Assembly: GCA_037139735.1 (NCBI GenBank) | Contig: JBAXFU010000001.1 | Coordinates: 4,603 to 68,602, forward strand | Direction of reading: 5' to 3' | Length of the DNA: 64,000 nt | From: Phycisphaerae bacterium | GTDB taxonomy: Bacteria > Planctomycetota > Phycisphaerae > Phycisphaerales > UBA1924 | In this document: in pieces, positions 37,265 to 46,639 of the stretch | Layout of the letters: every line of letters begins with the position of its first letter | How positions within the stretch are numbered: position 1 is the stretch's first letter | Program-made: the position numbers and the translations under genes | Notes under the pieces: model-generated | Told to the model about the DNA's origin: nothing | Databases searched by the model: none | Seen by the model: only the letters and a program-made list of their open reading frames with translations

Positions 37265-38106
37265 GCCCTGCAACCGACTCCATCCAGCGCCACTGGAAGG
37301 CGTTGCTCAAGAAGCTCGCCTCGGCCTATCCCGCGCCGCCGTCGGACGCCGAGCACCCTCCCGCCCCCGTGACCGTGATCGCCTCGGCCGTGCACGCCAC
37401 CATGCTCTGGGAGGCCTCGCAGGCCCAGGCCGACGCGGCGCTCCAGCAACTGACGCAGCACTTCGCCGACCACAACGACATGCGGGTCGCGCTGCCCAGC
37501 CACCTCATTCACGCCATCGGCCCCGCCTATCCGCTGGCGGTCGAACGGGTGCTGCGGCTCAAGTCGTGGCTCTCCGACCTGTACCGGCGATCCACCGCCC
37601 TCGATCTCGAGTATCTCCGCGATCGCTCCAAGGCCGACGCCCGACGCGAACTCGAGTCGCTGCACGGACTGCCCGGGTTCGCCGCCGCCCATGTCGTGGC
37701 CTCGTCGCTCGGCGGGCACGCGGTTCCCATCGACGATCGCCTCCTCGCCCTGCTGAAGGCCGAACGGATCGGCGCCGCACATTTGACGTCGAACGACGCG
37801 ATGGAACTCCTCGAGACCGTCATCCGTCCCGATGAGCTCTCGTCCGTTCTTCGACTGTTGCGAGCGTGGTCGGATCTTCGCGGCGTTCCCCCTCGCCACG
37901 AAGAGGCGCCGGCCTTCCAGCCCCTGCAACTCGCGCCACTCTCGCCGCTCGATCGGGCCGCCAAGGCGGCGCTCGGGGAACCGGCGTCGGGCAAGCGCAA
38001 GGCCGCTCCCAAGCGATCCGCCACGAAGTCCGCCCCCCGCCCGCGCCCCTCGGCCGACGCCGAAACGCCGCCCACGCGACCCGCCAAGCGAGGACGCTCG
38101 AAGTAG
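37261..38106 (+). CDS. Hypothetical protein, degenerate HhH-GPD-like core with Lys/Arg/Pro-rich tail
   Basis: The GTG start overlaps the rbfA stop (GTGA). LHGLPGFAAAHVVASSLGGHAVPIDDRLLALL aligns by eye to the endonuclease III LPGVGRKTANVVL..FG.P.I.VDTH..RV. Tail GKRKAAPKRSATKSAPRPRP...AKRGRSK. Confidence 0.6.
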   Translation: MSPATDSIQRHWKALLKKLASAYPAPPSDAEHPPAPVTVIASAVHATMLWEASQAQADAALQQLTQHFADHNDMRVALPSHLIHAIGPAYPLAVERVLRLKSWLSDLYRRSTALDLEYLRDRSKADARRELESLHGLPGFAAAHVVASSLGGHAVPIDDRLLALLKAERIGAAHLTSNDAMELLETVIRPDELSSVLRLLRAWSDLRGVPPRHEEAPAFQPLQLAPLSPLDRAAKAALGEPASGKRKAAPKRSATKSAPRPRPSADAETPPTRPAKRGRSK

Positions 38107-38114
38107 GTGCCACG

Positions 38115-41100
38115 ATGCGATCGACTCCGTTCATGCTCGATGCCGCCCGCGTCGGATCGTCCCTCACCGTCTCGCTGCTCCTCTCGGTCGCGGGCTTCGC
38201 CGCGCCCGGCTGCGCCTCGAAGCCGAACACGAGGGCCGATCTCGCCGGCCAGTCCTCCCGTCGCGACGATCCGCTCGACCCCCTCCGGCGACTCGCCGCG
38301 GCCCAGGAACTCCGCCCGGACCGGCAGGCCGTCGCCACGCCTCCGCCTGCATCGCTCCTTCGCCCCTCCGCCGCGGGCGACTCGGAGCGTCGCGACATCT
38401 CGCTGGAGCAGGCGATCAAGGCGTTGACGCCGCCCGCTCCGTCGCCCGCTCCCGCCCCGGCGCAGCCGCCGTCGGCCTCCGAATCGATCGAATCCTCGAA
38501 GTTCTACGTCTCTGGACGCTCGCACCTGCTCGCGGGTCGGATCAACGAGGCCTTGGTCGATCTTGAAGCCGCGGCGAGGCTCGATCCCGGATCGGCGTCG
38601 ATTCTCTCGGATCTCGCCCAGGCGCAGGCCGCGTCCGGTCGCCGTCCCGCCGCGACCGCAACCTACCGGCGAGCGGTGTCGCTGGGCCTTCGCGACGCGC
38701 GCGTCGCCGCCTTCCTCGGGCGTGAAACGCTGCGAAGCCGCCAGTTTGAACAGGCCGCGGGCGAACTGATCCTCGCCGACTCGCTCTCCAAGGAGCAAGG
38801 CGCCGCCCTGACCCGCGCGGTCGCCCGCGCGGACCTCGCCGACGCGCTCTTCAACCTCGGATACATCCGCGCCGCGGCAGAATCGCTGACCGACCTGCTC
38901 GGCACGCTTCCGACCGACGTTCGTGGACCGCTACGCCCCGAGGAGGCCGAACTCTTCCGGCGTCGGAGCGAGTTGTGGTTGCGGGCCGGCGACCTGCATG
39001 CCTCGCGTGGCGACATGGCGGAAGCCGGGATCGCCTACGCAGCGGCCGCGGCGCTCCCGGGCGGCGATTCGGAAGCCCTGACGCAGCGAAGGCTCTACGC
39101 CCTGCTCGCCTCCGGGCGAAGCGCCCAGGCGGCCATCGATCTGATTGAGTCGCTCCGAGGCCGGGGGCCCAAGGCGCTGCAGGGACAGTTCGACCTCCTT
39201 GGTTCGCTCGTGCGTCAATCGAGCATCGGCCCCGAGATCGTCGACGCGTGTGCGGCGGTCGCGTGCGAGCCGGGTTCGACCCTGTTGCCGAGCGTCAAGC
39301 ATGACCTCGTCATCGCCGCGGCCGAAGCCGCCTCGCCCGCCGACGCGCGTCGCGCCTTGGGTGCGTGGATGCGGTGCTCGTCCGAACCCCTCCGTGGCGC
39401 GGCCATGTACGCCGCGTTGCACGGTGACGATGCCGCGGCATGCGCCCAAGCCTTCGCCTCGCTCTGTGTCGCTCGCCCGCACTGCGCACCGGGGTTCGCG
39501 GACGCGCTCGTCCAATCGGGACGACACGTCCGGGGTGTGATCGCCTGGTGCCGGGATCGCAGCACGGATCCCGGTGCGTGGTTGCTGCTCCAGTGCCTGA
39601 CGGCACCCTTGCCCGCCTCCAGCCACCCATTCACGGCGGCCCCGAGAACCACCGAACCCGACGCCGCCCGCGTCGTCATCGCGGCCACCAGGGCTCGCCG
39701 CGGAATGTGGTCGGAGGTCGACACCGCGCTCGAGGCGCTCGCGGCCTGCGACCGCCCCGAGTTGAAGGCTTCGGCGTTGGCTGCGGCTCAGCGGCTGGGC
39801 GAAGCCGCGGCGACCGCTCGCGGCGCCTCTGGCGTCCAAGAAGGCATGCGGGTCACGGGAATCACGGGGATCACGGGGCTGACGGTCGCGTCGTGGCTCC
39901 TTGAGATCGGGGACGCGGCGCAGGCCGAGACCGTCCTTCGGGCATGCCTTGATGCCGATCCGCTCGACGAACGCGCGTACGAGGCCTTGATCTCGCAGTA
40001 CTCGCCCCGCGCCCCGCTGGCCGACGAGTCGAAACTCACCGAGATCGCCGGTCGCCTCCGCGACAATATCCCGGCGAGCAGGTTCGCCAAGGGGGTCGCC
40101 GCCCGCGATCTGGCCTCCCGCAGTCAATGGACGGCCGCGACCGACGCGTTGCTGGGCCTGCTCCAGCCCCACGAGGAGAGCGCCACCGTGCTGGCGATGC
40201 TGGTGGCCGTGGGCGAACGTGCACGAGTGACCGACGCCAAGTCGCTCGCCCGGATCGAGGCGGTGATCGATGATCGACTCCGCGGCAGGCCCGACGCTCC
40301 GGAACTCGTCATGGCCAAGGCACGCCTGCTCGCCTGCCAGCCGGGCCGGGCCGCCGAAGCCGAATCGCTGCTGGCGGAGGCCTGGCAGCGACTCCCCTTG
40401 CCCGCCACCGCGAGACTCCGGGAATCCATCGTTCGCGAAGTGATGCAGGAGCCGGAGCGGGCCGCCTCGATGGCCCGCGAGCGGCTCATGACCGGTCCCC
40501 GCGGCCTCGACGAATCGATCGAGTTCGCCCAACTGCTGGCCACGGCCGGCGAGTACGACGCGGCGGGCCGGGCGATCACCGAAGGCTTGCCTCAGCGTGT
40601 GCCGCTGACGTCTTCCCAATCCAGCCGTCTCGTGGGGCTGGCGGCGGAGCTTCGACCCGAACGAATGGTCGAGTCCGACGCCACCGCATCAGCCGCCGCG
40701 TTGGCACTCTTCGACCAAGTCGCGGCACGCGGGCTGACGATGACGCCCGCCATGCACATGACCCGCCTGCTGCTGCTGTGCGCGGCGGCATCGTCCGATC
40801 CGGCGCGACTGACGGCGGCCGTGGCGGAAGCCGCGGGCCGGGACTTGCAGGTCTCGATGCAACTTTCTGTCCGCGTGGCGCAACTGCTGCTGTCGAAGCC
40901 GGACCCTTCCGACGGCCTGGCGTTCCTGCTCGAAACCATCAATCTCGCTCCCGAAGGTCAGGAGGAGACCGTCTTCGCCTACGAACTCTTCCGCGTCACG
41001 ATCACGCGGGGCGACGCGGCGGATGTCGATGCGTGCGTCGACAGGATCCGCGACCCGGGCTCCATGCTTCGGGCCGTATCCGCGACGATCGACAACGACG

Positions 41101-41759
41101 AAGTCCGCGTGCCCGCCGACGAGCAGGCCCGCCGCGCGGAACTGGCGTATTGGCTCGGCAACGGCCTGAGCGTCGAGCAGCGAGAAGGCGTGTCGGAGCA
41201 CGCATATCGCCTGGCGATCCGCCTCGACCCGTCGCACGCATGGGCGCTGAACAACCTCGGCTTCAACCTGCTTGAACGCGGCGGCAACTCGATGCAGGAG
41301 GCCGCCTCGATGATCGAACGGGCCTTCGCGAAACTGCCCGACGAACCCAGCGTGATCGACTCGATGGGCTGGCTCCGCTACCGGCAGGGGCGCTTCGACG
41401 ACCGCACGCTTCCCGACGGCAAGGTCGAGGCCGGCGCGGGGTCGATCCTGGCGCGGGCAGTGAACCACCCGGGGGGCACGCCTTCGGCCGAGCAGTCCGA
41501 CCACTTCGGCGACGTGCTCTGGCGTCTGGGCCGCCACAAGGAGGCGCAGGCGCAGTGGGACACGGCCAAGCGACTGCTTGATTCGCAACTCGCGCTGCAC
41601 AAGGGCGCGAGGGACGACTCGCAGCAACCCCGTCCGCTGGAGAAGTTCCTCGGAGCCCGCGTGGAGGCCATCGCCGCGAAACTCGCGGCGGCCGCCAACG
41701 GCCAGTCGCCCAAGGTGGCGCCCACCGACGCGGAATCGAGGGAATCAGGGGGCCACTGA
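38115..41759 (+). CDS. Large TPR-repeat lipoprotein (1214 aa)
   Basis: ATG at 38115. Lipobox-like LLLSVAGFAAPGC. Many TPR-like A/L-rich helical repeats, including the C-terminal HAYRLAIRLDPSHAWALNNLGFNLLERGG. Confidence 0.75.
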   Translation: MRSTPFMLDAARVGSSLTVSLLLSVAGFAAPGCASKPNTRADLAGQSSRRDDPLDPLRRLAAAQELRPDRQAVATPPPASLLRPSAAGDSERRDISLEQAIKALTPPAPSPAPAPAQPPSASESIESSKFYVSGRSHLLAGRINEALVDLEAAARLDPGSASILSDLAQAQAASGRRPAATATYRRAVSLGLRDARVAAFLGRETLRSRQFEQAAGELILADSLSKEQGAALTRAVARADLADALFNLGYIRAAAESLTDLLGTLPTDVRGPLRPEEAELFRRRSELWLRAGDLHASRGDMAEAGIAYAAAAALPGGDSEALTQRRLYALLASGRSAQAAIDLIESLRGRGPKALQGQFDLLGSLVRQSSIGPEIVDACAAVACEPGSTLLPSVKHDLVIAAAEAASPADARRALGAWMRCSSEPLRGAAMYAALHGDDAAACAQAFASLCVARPHCAPGFADALVQSGRHVRGVIAWCRDRSTDPGAWLLLQCLTAPLPASSHPFTAAPRTTEPDAARVVIAATRARRGMWSEVDTALEALAACDRPELKASALAAAQRLGEAAATARGASGVQEGMRVTGITGITGLTVASWLLEIGDAAQAETVLRACLDADPLDERAYEALISQYSPRAPLADESKLTEIAGRLRDNIPASRFAKGVAARDLASRSQWTAATDALLGLLQPHEESATVLAMLVAVGERARVTDAKSLARIEAVIDDRLRGRPDAPELVMAKARLLACQPGRAAEAESLLAEAWQRLPLPATARLRESIVREVMQEPERAASMARERLMTGPRGLDESIEFAQLLATAGEYDAAGRAITEGLPQRVPLTSSQSSRLVGLAAELRPERMVESDATASAAALALFDQVAARGLTMTPAMHMTRLLLLCAAASSDPARLTAAVAEAAGRDLQVSMQLSVRVAQLLLSKPDPSDGLAFLLETINLAPEGQEETVFAYELFRVTITRGDAADVDACVDRIRDPGSMLRAVSATIDNDEVRVPADEQARRAELAYWLGNGLSVEQREGVSEHAYRLAIRLDPSHAWALNNLGFNLLERGGNSMQEAASMIERAFAKLPDEPSVIDSMGWLRYRQGRFDDRTLPDGKVEAGAGSILARAVNHPGGTPSAEQSDHFGDVLWRLGRHKEAQAQWDTAKRLLDSQLALHKGARDDSQQPRPLEKFLGARVEAIAAKLAAAANGQSPKVAPTDAESRESGGH

Positions 41760-41799
41760 ACACGTCTCACGCGAACGAATCAACGAGGCATTCGCAGCC

Positions 41800-42543
41800 A
41801 TGGCAGGACACAACAAGTGGAGCAAGATCAAGCACCGCAAGGCCGTCGTCGACAAGAGGCGCGGCAAGGTGTGGACCAAGATCAGCAAGGCGCTGATTGT
41901 CGCCGCCCGTCACGGCGGGCCCGACCCTGACGCCAACCTGGCCCTTCGCTACGCCATCGACGAGGCCCGCTACGCCAACATGCCCCGCGACACCGTCGAG
42001 CGCGCCATCCGCAAGGGCGCGGGGGGCGAGGACACGAGCAACTACGAGAACATCCGCTACGAGGGGTACGGCCCCGGGGGCGTCGCCGTCATCATCGAGA
42101 CCCTGACCGACAACCGCGCCCGCACCGTCGGCGACATCCGTCTGGCATTCTCGGATCACGGCGGCAACATCGGCGGTTCGGGGTGCGTGTCGTACATGTT
42201 CGCCTCCAAGGGACGCATCGTCGTCGCCGCGGAGGAACTCGTTGAAGACGCCGTGATGGAGCGTGCGCTCGAGGCAGGAGCCACCGACGTCGAGCGACTC
42301 GACGAAGGCGACGACGAGCATCCGCCCTCGTGGATCATCTGGACCGAACCCGGCGCGTTCGCCGCCGTGAAGGCGAACGTCGAGAAGTCCGGCCTCCCCG
42401 TGACCGACGCGGGCATCGTGATGGTGCCCGACAACCACGTCGCCGTCTCGGGCGAGCAGGCCGAGACGATTGCCGCCCTCGTCGAGGCTCTCGAGGATCT
42501 CGACGACGTGCAGAAGGTCTATTCCAACGCTTCCTTCGATTGA
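41800..42543 (+). CDS. yebC: YebC/PmpR family DNA-binding transcriptional regulator
   Basis: MAGHNKWSKIKHRKAVVDKRRGKVWTKISK is the canonical N-terminus; 247 aa. Confidence 0.93.
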   Translation: MAGHNKWSKIKHRKAVVDKRRGKVWTKISKALIVAARHGGPDPDANLALRYAIDEARYANMPRDTVERAIRKGAGGEDTSNYENIRYEGYGPGGVAVIIETLTDNRARTVGDIRLAFSDHGGNIGGSGCVSYMFASKGRIVVAAEELVEDAVMERALEAGATDVERLDEGDDEHPPSWIIWTEPGAFAAVKANVEKSGLPVTDAGIVMVPDNHVAVSGEQAETIAALVEALEDLDDVQKVYSNASFD

Positions 42544-42565
42544 TCAGTCGACGAGGTCCCCCGCG

Positions 42566-44143
42566 ATGCCAGCACCCGCCGTCACCATCGACGAAGCCCC
42601 CCTCTCGCCCCGCGACGTCGTCCTCGTCGCGCGACACGCCGAACGCGTGCTGATCTCCGAGCGAGTCGGCCCTCGCCTCGCCGCCTCGCGAGCTGTCGTC
42701 GAAGCCGCGCTGGGCGACGGCCTGCCCCACTACGGCATCAACACCGGGTTCGGCTCCCTCAGCCGCCGACGCATCGCCTCGGCCGAACTCGCCCTGCTGC
42801 AACGCAACCTCGTCCGCAGTCATGCGGCGGGCGTGCTCGACCCCCTGCCGACGGAGGTCGTCCGCGGCATGATGCTCCTCCTCGCCGCCTCGCTCGCCCG
42901 CGGCTGCTCGGGCGTCCGTCCCATCGTCGTGGACACCATCGTGCAGATGCTCAACGCGGGCGTCACCCCCGTCGTCCCCTCGGTGGGCAGCGTCGGCGCG
43001 TCCGGCGATCTCGCCCCGCTCGCGGCCGTCGGCCTCGCCCTGATCGGCGAGGGACACTGCACCACCCGCAACGCGGACCTCGCCCGTTCGACGGCCGAGG
43101 CGATGGCCCAGGCAGGCATCACGCCCCTCTCCCTCGAGGCCAAGGAGGGGCTGGCGCTCATCAACGGCACGCACCTCATGGCCGCCCGCGGGGCCATCGC
43201 CGTCCACGACGCGGAACGATCGCTCGACGCGGCCCTTCTGGCGGCGGCGATGTCCCTCGACGCCTGTCGCGGGACCGACGCCTCGCTCGATGCCCGCATC
43301 CATGCCGCCCGCGGCCAACCAGGCCAGATCCACGTCGCCGCCGCGCTGCGCCGACTCCTTGGCGACAGCCAGATCATTCCGTCGCACCGCGAGGACGACC
43401 CCCGCGTCCAGGACCCTTACTCGCTCCGGTGCACCCCGCAGGTGGTCGGCGCGGCGCTCGACGCCGTCGGATACGTCGCCGCGGCCGTTGCTCGCGAACT
43501 CGGCGCAGTGACCGACAATCCGCTCGTCTTCGCGCCGTCGCACCCGCTCAACACCATGCTGGGCGAGAACCCCTCCGACCTCCCCGGGGGCGGCGAATCG
43601 ATCGTCAGCGGCGGCAACTTCCACGGCATGGCGTTGGCGATCCCGCTCGACGTGATGTGCATCGCCCTCTCGCACGTCGCCGGCATCAGCGAACGTCGCG
43701 TCTTCTGGATGATCTCCGCCTTCGACGCCGAAAGCCGCCTCAAGCCCTACCTCGCGGCCAACCCCGGGCTCGACTCGGGCCTGATGATCGCCCAGTACAC
43801 CGCCGCGGCGTGCTGCAACGAGATGATCACGCTGTGCACGCCCGCCAGCGTCAGCAACATCTCCACGAGCGCCGGCATCGAGGATTACAACTCGTTCGGT
43901 CCCCGGGCTGCCGCCAAGGCCTCGCGAACCATCGACCTCCTGGACCGCGTCATCGCCGTCGAGCTCCTCGCCGCGGCCGAGGGACTCGAGGCGCACCGAC
44001 CGCTGCGGAGCGGCTCGGCCGTCGAAGCGGCCCATGCGTTGATCCGCTCCCACTCGCCGAGGTTGACGGGCGACCGTCCGCTGACGCCCGACATCGAAGC
44101 CATCGCCTCGTGCATCCGCCAAGGCGCGTTCTCGAACGGGTGA
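42566..44143 (+). CDS. hutH: Histidine ammonia-lyase (aromatic amino-acid lyase family)
   Basis: YGINTGFG and the MIO-forming SVGASGDLAPLA; 525 aa. Confidence 0.88.
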   Translation: MPAPAVTIDEAPLSPRDVVLVARHAERVLISERVGPRLAASRAVVEAALGDGLPHYGINTGFGSLSRRRIASAELALLQRNLVRSHAAGVLDPLPTEVVRGMMLLLAASLARGCSGVRPIVVDTIVQMLNAGVTPVVPSVGSVGASGDLAPLAAVGLALIGEGHCTTRNADLARSTAEAMAQAGITPLSLEAKEGLALINGTHLMAARGAIAVHDAERSLDAALLAAAMSLDACRGTDASLDARIHAARGQPGQIHVAAALRRLLGDSQIIPSHREDDPRVQDPYSLRCTPQVVGAALDAVGYVAAAVARELGAVTDNPLVFAPSHPLNTMLGENPSDLPGGGESIVSGGNFHGMALAIPLDVMCIALSHVAGISERRVFWMISAFDAESRLKPYLAANPGLDSGLMIAQYTAAACCNEMITLCTPASVSNISTSAGIEDYNSFGPRAAAKASRTIDLLDRVIAVELLAAAEGLEAHRPLRSGSAVEAAHALIRSHSPRLTGDRPLTPDIEAIASCIRQGAFSNG

Positions 44144-44313
44144 GCCGCGTGTCGCCGATCAGGACGTGGCCCGTTGCCCTTCGGTGCACCGACGGATCCC
44201 CATCCCGGGCGGGTGAAAGGCGTGGCGCGTCGGCGGGCCCATGACTCGTGAACGAGCGAGTCGGCGTAGCCGAAGACAACCGTGACGGACGGCTGTCGAG
44301 TTCACTCGCCCGT

Positions 44314-45711
44314 TCAGTCCCGCTTGAGCGTCAACGCGCGGGGTGCGGCAGTGTCTGCGGGGTCGATCACCTCGACCTTGACCGCCCCGCCTCGGAACAG
44401 CCCCGCTTCCGCGAACCGCTGGGCCGCCCGATCGACGCCGATCACCGTCAGCCCGTCGAGGGACTGAACGACCTGTCCGGCCTTGAAGCCGCTCCGCGCG
44501 GCGATGCTTCCAGCCACCACTTCGTCGACGACCAATCGATCGCCTCGGGTGGCGAGCGCAAGTCCGAACTGGCGTTCGAGCCGACGGCGGAACTGGGCGC
44601 CGACGGGTTCGTTGGGCCGCTGGGTCAGCGTGACTTGAACGCGCTTGACATCCTCGCCACGTCGAATCTTGAGCGAAACGGCCTCGCCGGGGCGACGTGC
44701 CGCGATCATCGAGATGAGGATCTGGCTGTCGGACACGGGCTGGTCCTCGATCTCGACCACGACATCGCCCGGCAGAATGCCGGCCGTCTCGGCGGGACTG
44801 GCCTCGAAGACGTCGCTGACGGCAACGCCCGATCCCTGCGCGCCGCCTCGCGAAGCGCCATCGATGTCCTCGAGCAGCACGCCCATGTAACCGCTGACGA
44901 TCGGCCCGCCGGCCACGATTTGATCGACCCGCGACTCGATGGTGGCCAGCGGGATGGCGAAACTGATGCCCGCGCTTTGTCCCTCGCCCGAGCCGCTGGC
45001 GTCGGCGGCGGTCGCGATGGCCACGTTCATGCCCACCACCGCGCCGCGGACATCGACCAGCGGCCCGCCGGAGTTGCCCGGATTGACCGCCGCGTCCGTC
45101 TGGATGAAGTTCGAGATGCGAGTGAGACCCAAGGCCGTGCGAGCCGTGCGGCCCAGCCCCGACACGATGCCCTCCGACATCGAAAACTTGAAGCCAAAGG
45201 GCGAACCGAACGCGAAGACGCGATCGCCACGCTGGAGACGCTCGCCGGTGGCTCGACGACAGGGCACCAGGCCCGTCACGCCCGCGACGCGAAGCACCGC
45301 AATGTCGCTGTCGAGGTCTGCGCCCACGAGTTCCGCGTCCGCCACCCGCCCGTCGAAGAACTGCACCTGCACGCGGCTGCGATCGGACCCCACCACGTGG
45401 GCGTTGGTCACGACGTGACCCGCCGCGTCGTAGATCCATCCCGAGCCCGACGAACCGAACGGAGATTCGGAGGCCCCCACCACGTCGATGTGCACGACGG
45501 AGGGTTCCACCGCCACGGCGATCTGCCGCACCACCCTGTTCACCTGCTCGAGGACGTTGGCGGGCACGTCCAGTTGCGAGCGAGCCGCCGAGACCATGGT
45601 CGCGAGACGGGCCGCCTGCATGCTGCGCATCGCTCCCGGTCCCAGCAGCAGCACCGCCGCCACGGCGAGCAGCACGACGAACGCGGGCCCGAATGCCAAG
45701 AAACGCCTCAT
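44314..45711 (-). CDS. HtrA/DegP-family periplasmic serine protease with two PDZ domains
   Basis: N-terminal transmembrane/signal segment, TNAHVV (His), GNSGGPLVD (Ser), and two PDZ-like segments. Confidence 0.9.
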   Translation of the reverse strand: MRRFLAFGPAFVVLLAVAAVLLLGPGAMRSMQAARLATMVSAARSQLDVPANVLEQVNRVVRQIAVAVEPSVVHIDVVGASESPFGSSGSGWIYDAAGHVVTNAHVVGSDRSRVQVQFFDGRVADAELVGADLDSDIAVLRVAGVTGLVPCRRATGERLQRGDRVFAFGSPFGFKFSMSEGIVSGLGRTARTALGLTRISNFIQTDAAVNPGNSGGPLVDVRGAVVGMNVAIATAADASGSGEGQSAGISFAIPLATIESRVDQIVAGGPIVSGYMGVLLEDIDGASRGGAQGSGVAVSDVFEASPAETAGILPGDVVVEIEDQPVSDSQILISMIAARRPGEAVSLKIRRGEDVKRVQVTLTQRPNEPVGAQFRRRLERQFGLALATRGDRLVVDEVVAGSIAARSGFKAGQVVQSLDGLTVIGVDRAAQRFAEAGLFRGGAVKVEVIDPADTAAPRALTLKRD

Positions 45712-45753
45712 CAGACCTCCATCCTCGCCCAGCGACCGACCCGGGCTGCTCTT

Positions 45754-46590
45754 TCACCCCACCGAGCCGCCCTGACTCCCCCTCATCGTGTACGTCTCTC
45801 CCCCGATCCGGCGTTCTCGCACCCGCGTCACCCAATCCTCGCCCGCCCCTTGGATCGCCTTGCCAAGGTCAGCGCTTCGTGCGGCGAACCGGGGCGGCGC
45901 ATCGGTCATGCCCACCAGATCATGGAAGACCAATACCTGTCCGTGACACGCCGTCCCCGCCCCGATCCCGATCAGCGGCAGGGTCGTCGCCCGCATGATC
46001 CGCTGCGTCACCTCCGGAGGCACCGCCTCCACGAGCAGCATCACGCACCCCGCGCGCTCCATCGCCACCGCGTCGCGAATGATCGCCTCCGCCTCCTCCT
46101 CCGTGCGTCCCGCCGAGCCGTACCCGCCCGCGATCGCCGCACGCTGCGGACGGCTCCCCACATGCCCGCACACGGGAATGCCCGCGCGGCACATCTTCGC
46201 CACCACGCCCTCGAACGTCGCATCGGCCTCCACCTTCACCACGTCCGCCTGCCCCTGGGTGAGGAACCTCGCGGCATTCATCACGGCTTGCGTCTCGTCC
46301 GCTTGGTACGACATGAACGGCATGTCCGCCATCACCACGGTTTCGGGAGCTCCCCGCTTGACCCCCGCCGTCAGGGCCACCAGCACATCCAGCGGCATCT
46401 CGATCGTGCGGCAGAAGCCCAGCACCATCTCGGCCGCCGTGTCGCCCACCAGCAGCACGTGAACCCCGCCCCGCTCAAGCCACCGCGCCGTCATGGCGTC
46501 ATAGGCCGTCAGGCAGGCAAAGGGAGTGCCCTCTCGGGCCATCTTGCGAAGCGTCCGAAGGGTGACGGGACCGTCTGGGCGGCGTGACAT
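45754..46590 (-). CDS. panB: 3-methyl-2-oxobutanoate hydroxymethyltransferase
   Basis: LTAYDAMTARWLERGGVHVLLVGDTAAEMVLG and KVEA are PanB motifs; 278 aa. Confidence 0.9.
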   Translation of the reverse strand: MSRRPDGPVTLRTLRKMAREGTPFACLTAYDAMTARWLERGGVHVLLVGDTAAEMVLGFCRTIEMPLDVLVALTAGVKRGAPETVVMADMPFMSYQADETQAVMNAARFLTQGQADVVKVEADATFEGVVAKMCRAGIPVCGHVGSRPQRAAIAGGYGSAGRTEEEAEAIIRDAVAMERAGCVMLLVEAVPPEVTQRIMRATTLPLIGIGAGTACHGQVLVFHDLVGMTDAPPRFAARSADLGKAIQGAGEDWVTRVRERRIGGETYTMRGSQGGSVG

Positions 46591-46639
46591 GCATCAAGAG
46601 CGTATCGCCCCGACCCGACGACCGCTATCGTCCGGCTCC

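Noticed and set aside
42566-44143. HutH as part of a hut operon or a MIO-aminomutase biosynthetic cluster
   Set aside because: No hutU/hutI/hutG genes and no NRPS/PKS or tailoring genes are adjacent. It sits between yebC and a convergent protease gene, so it is treated as a stand-alone lyase.
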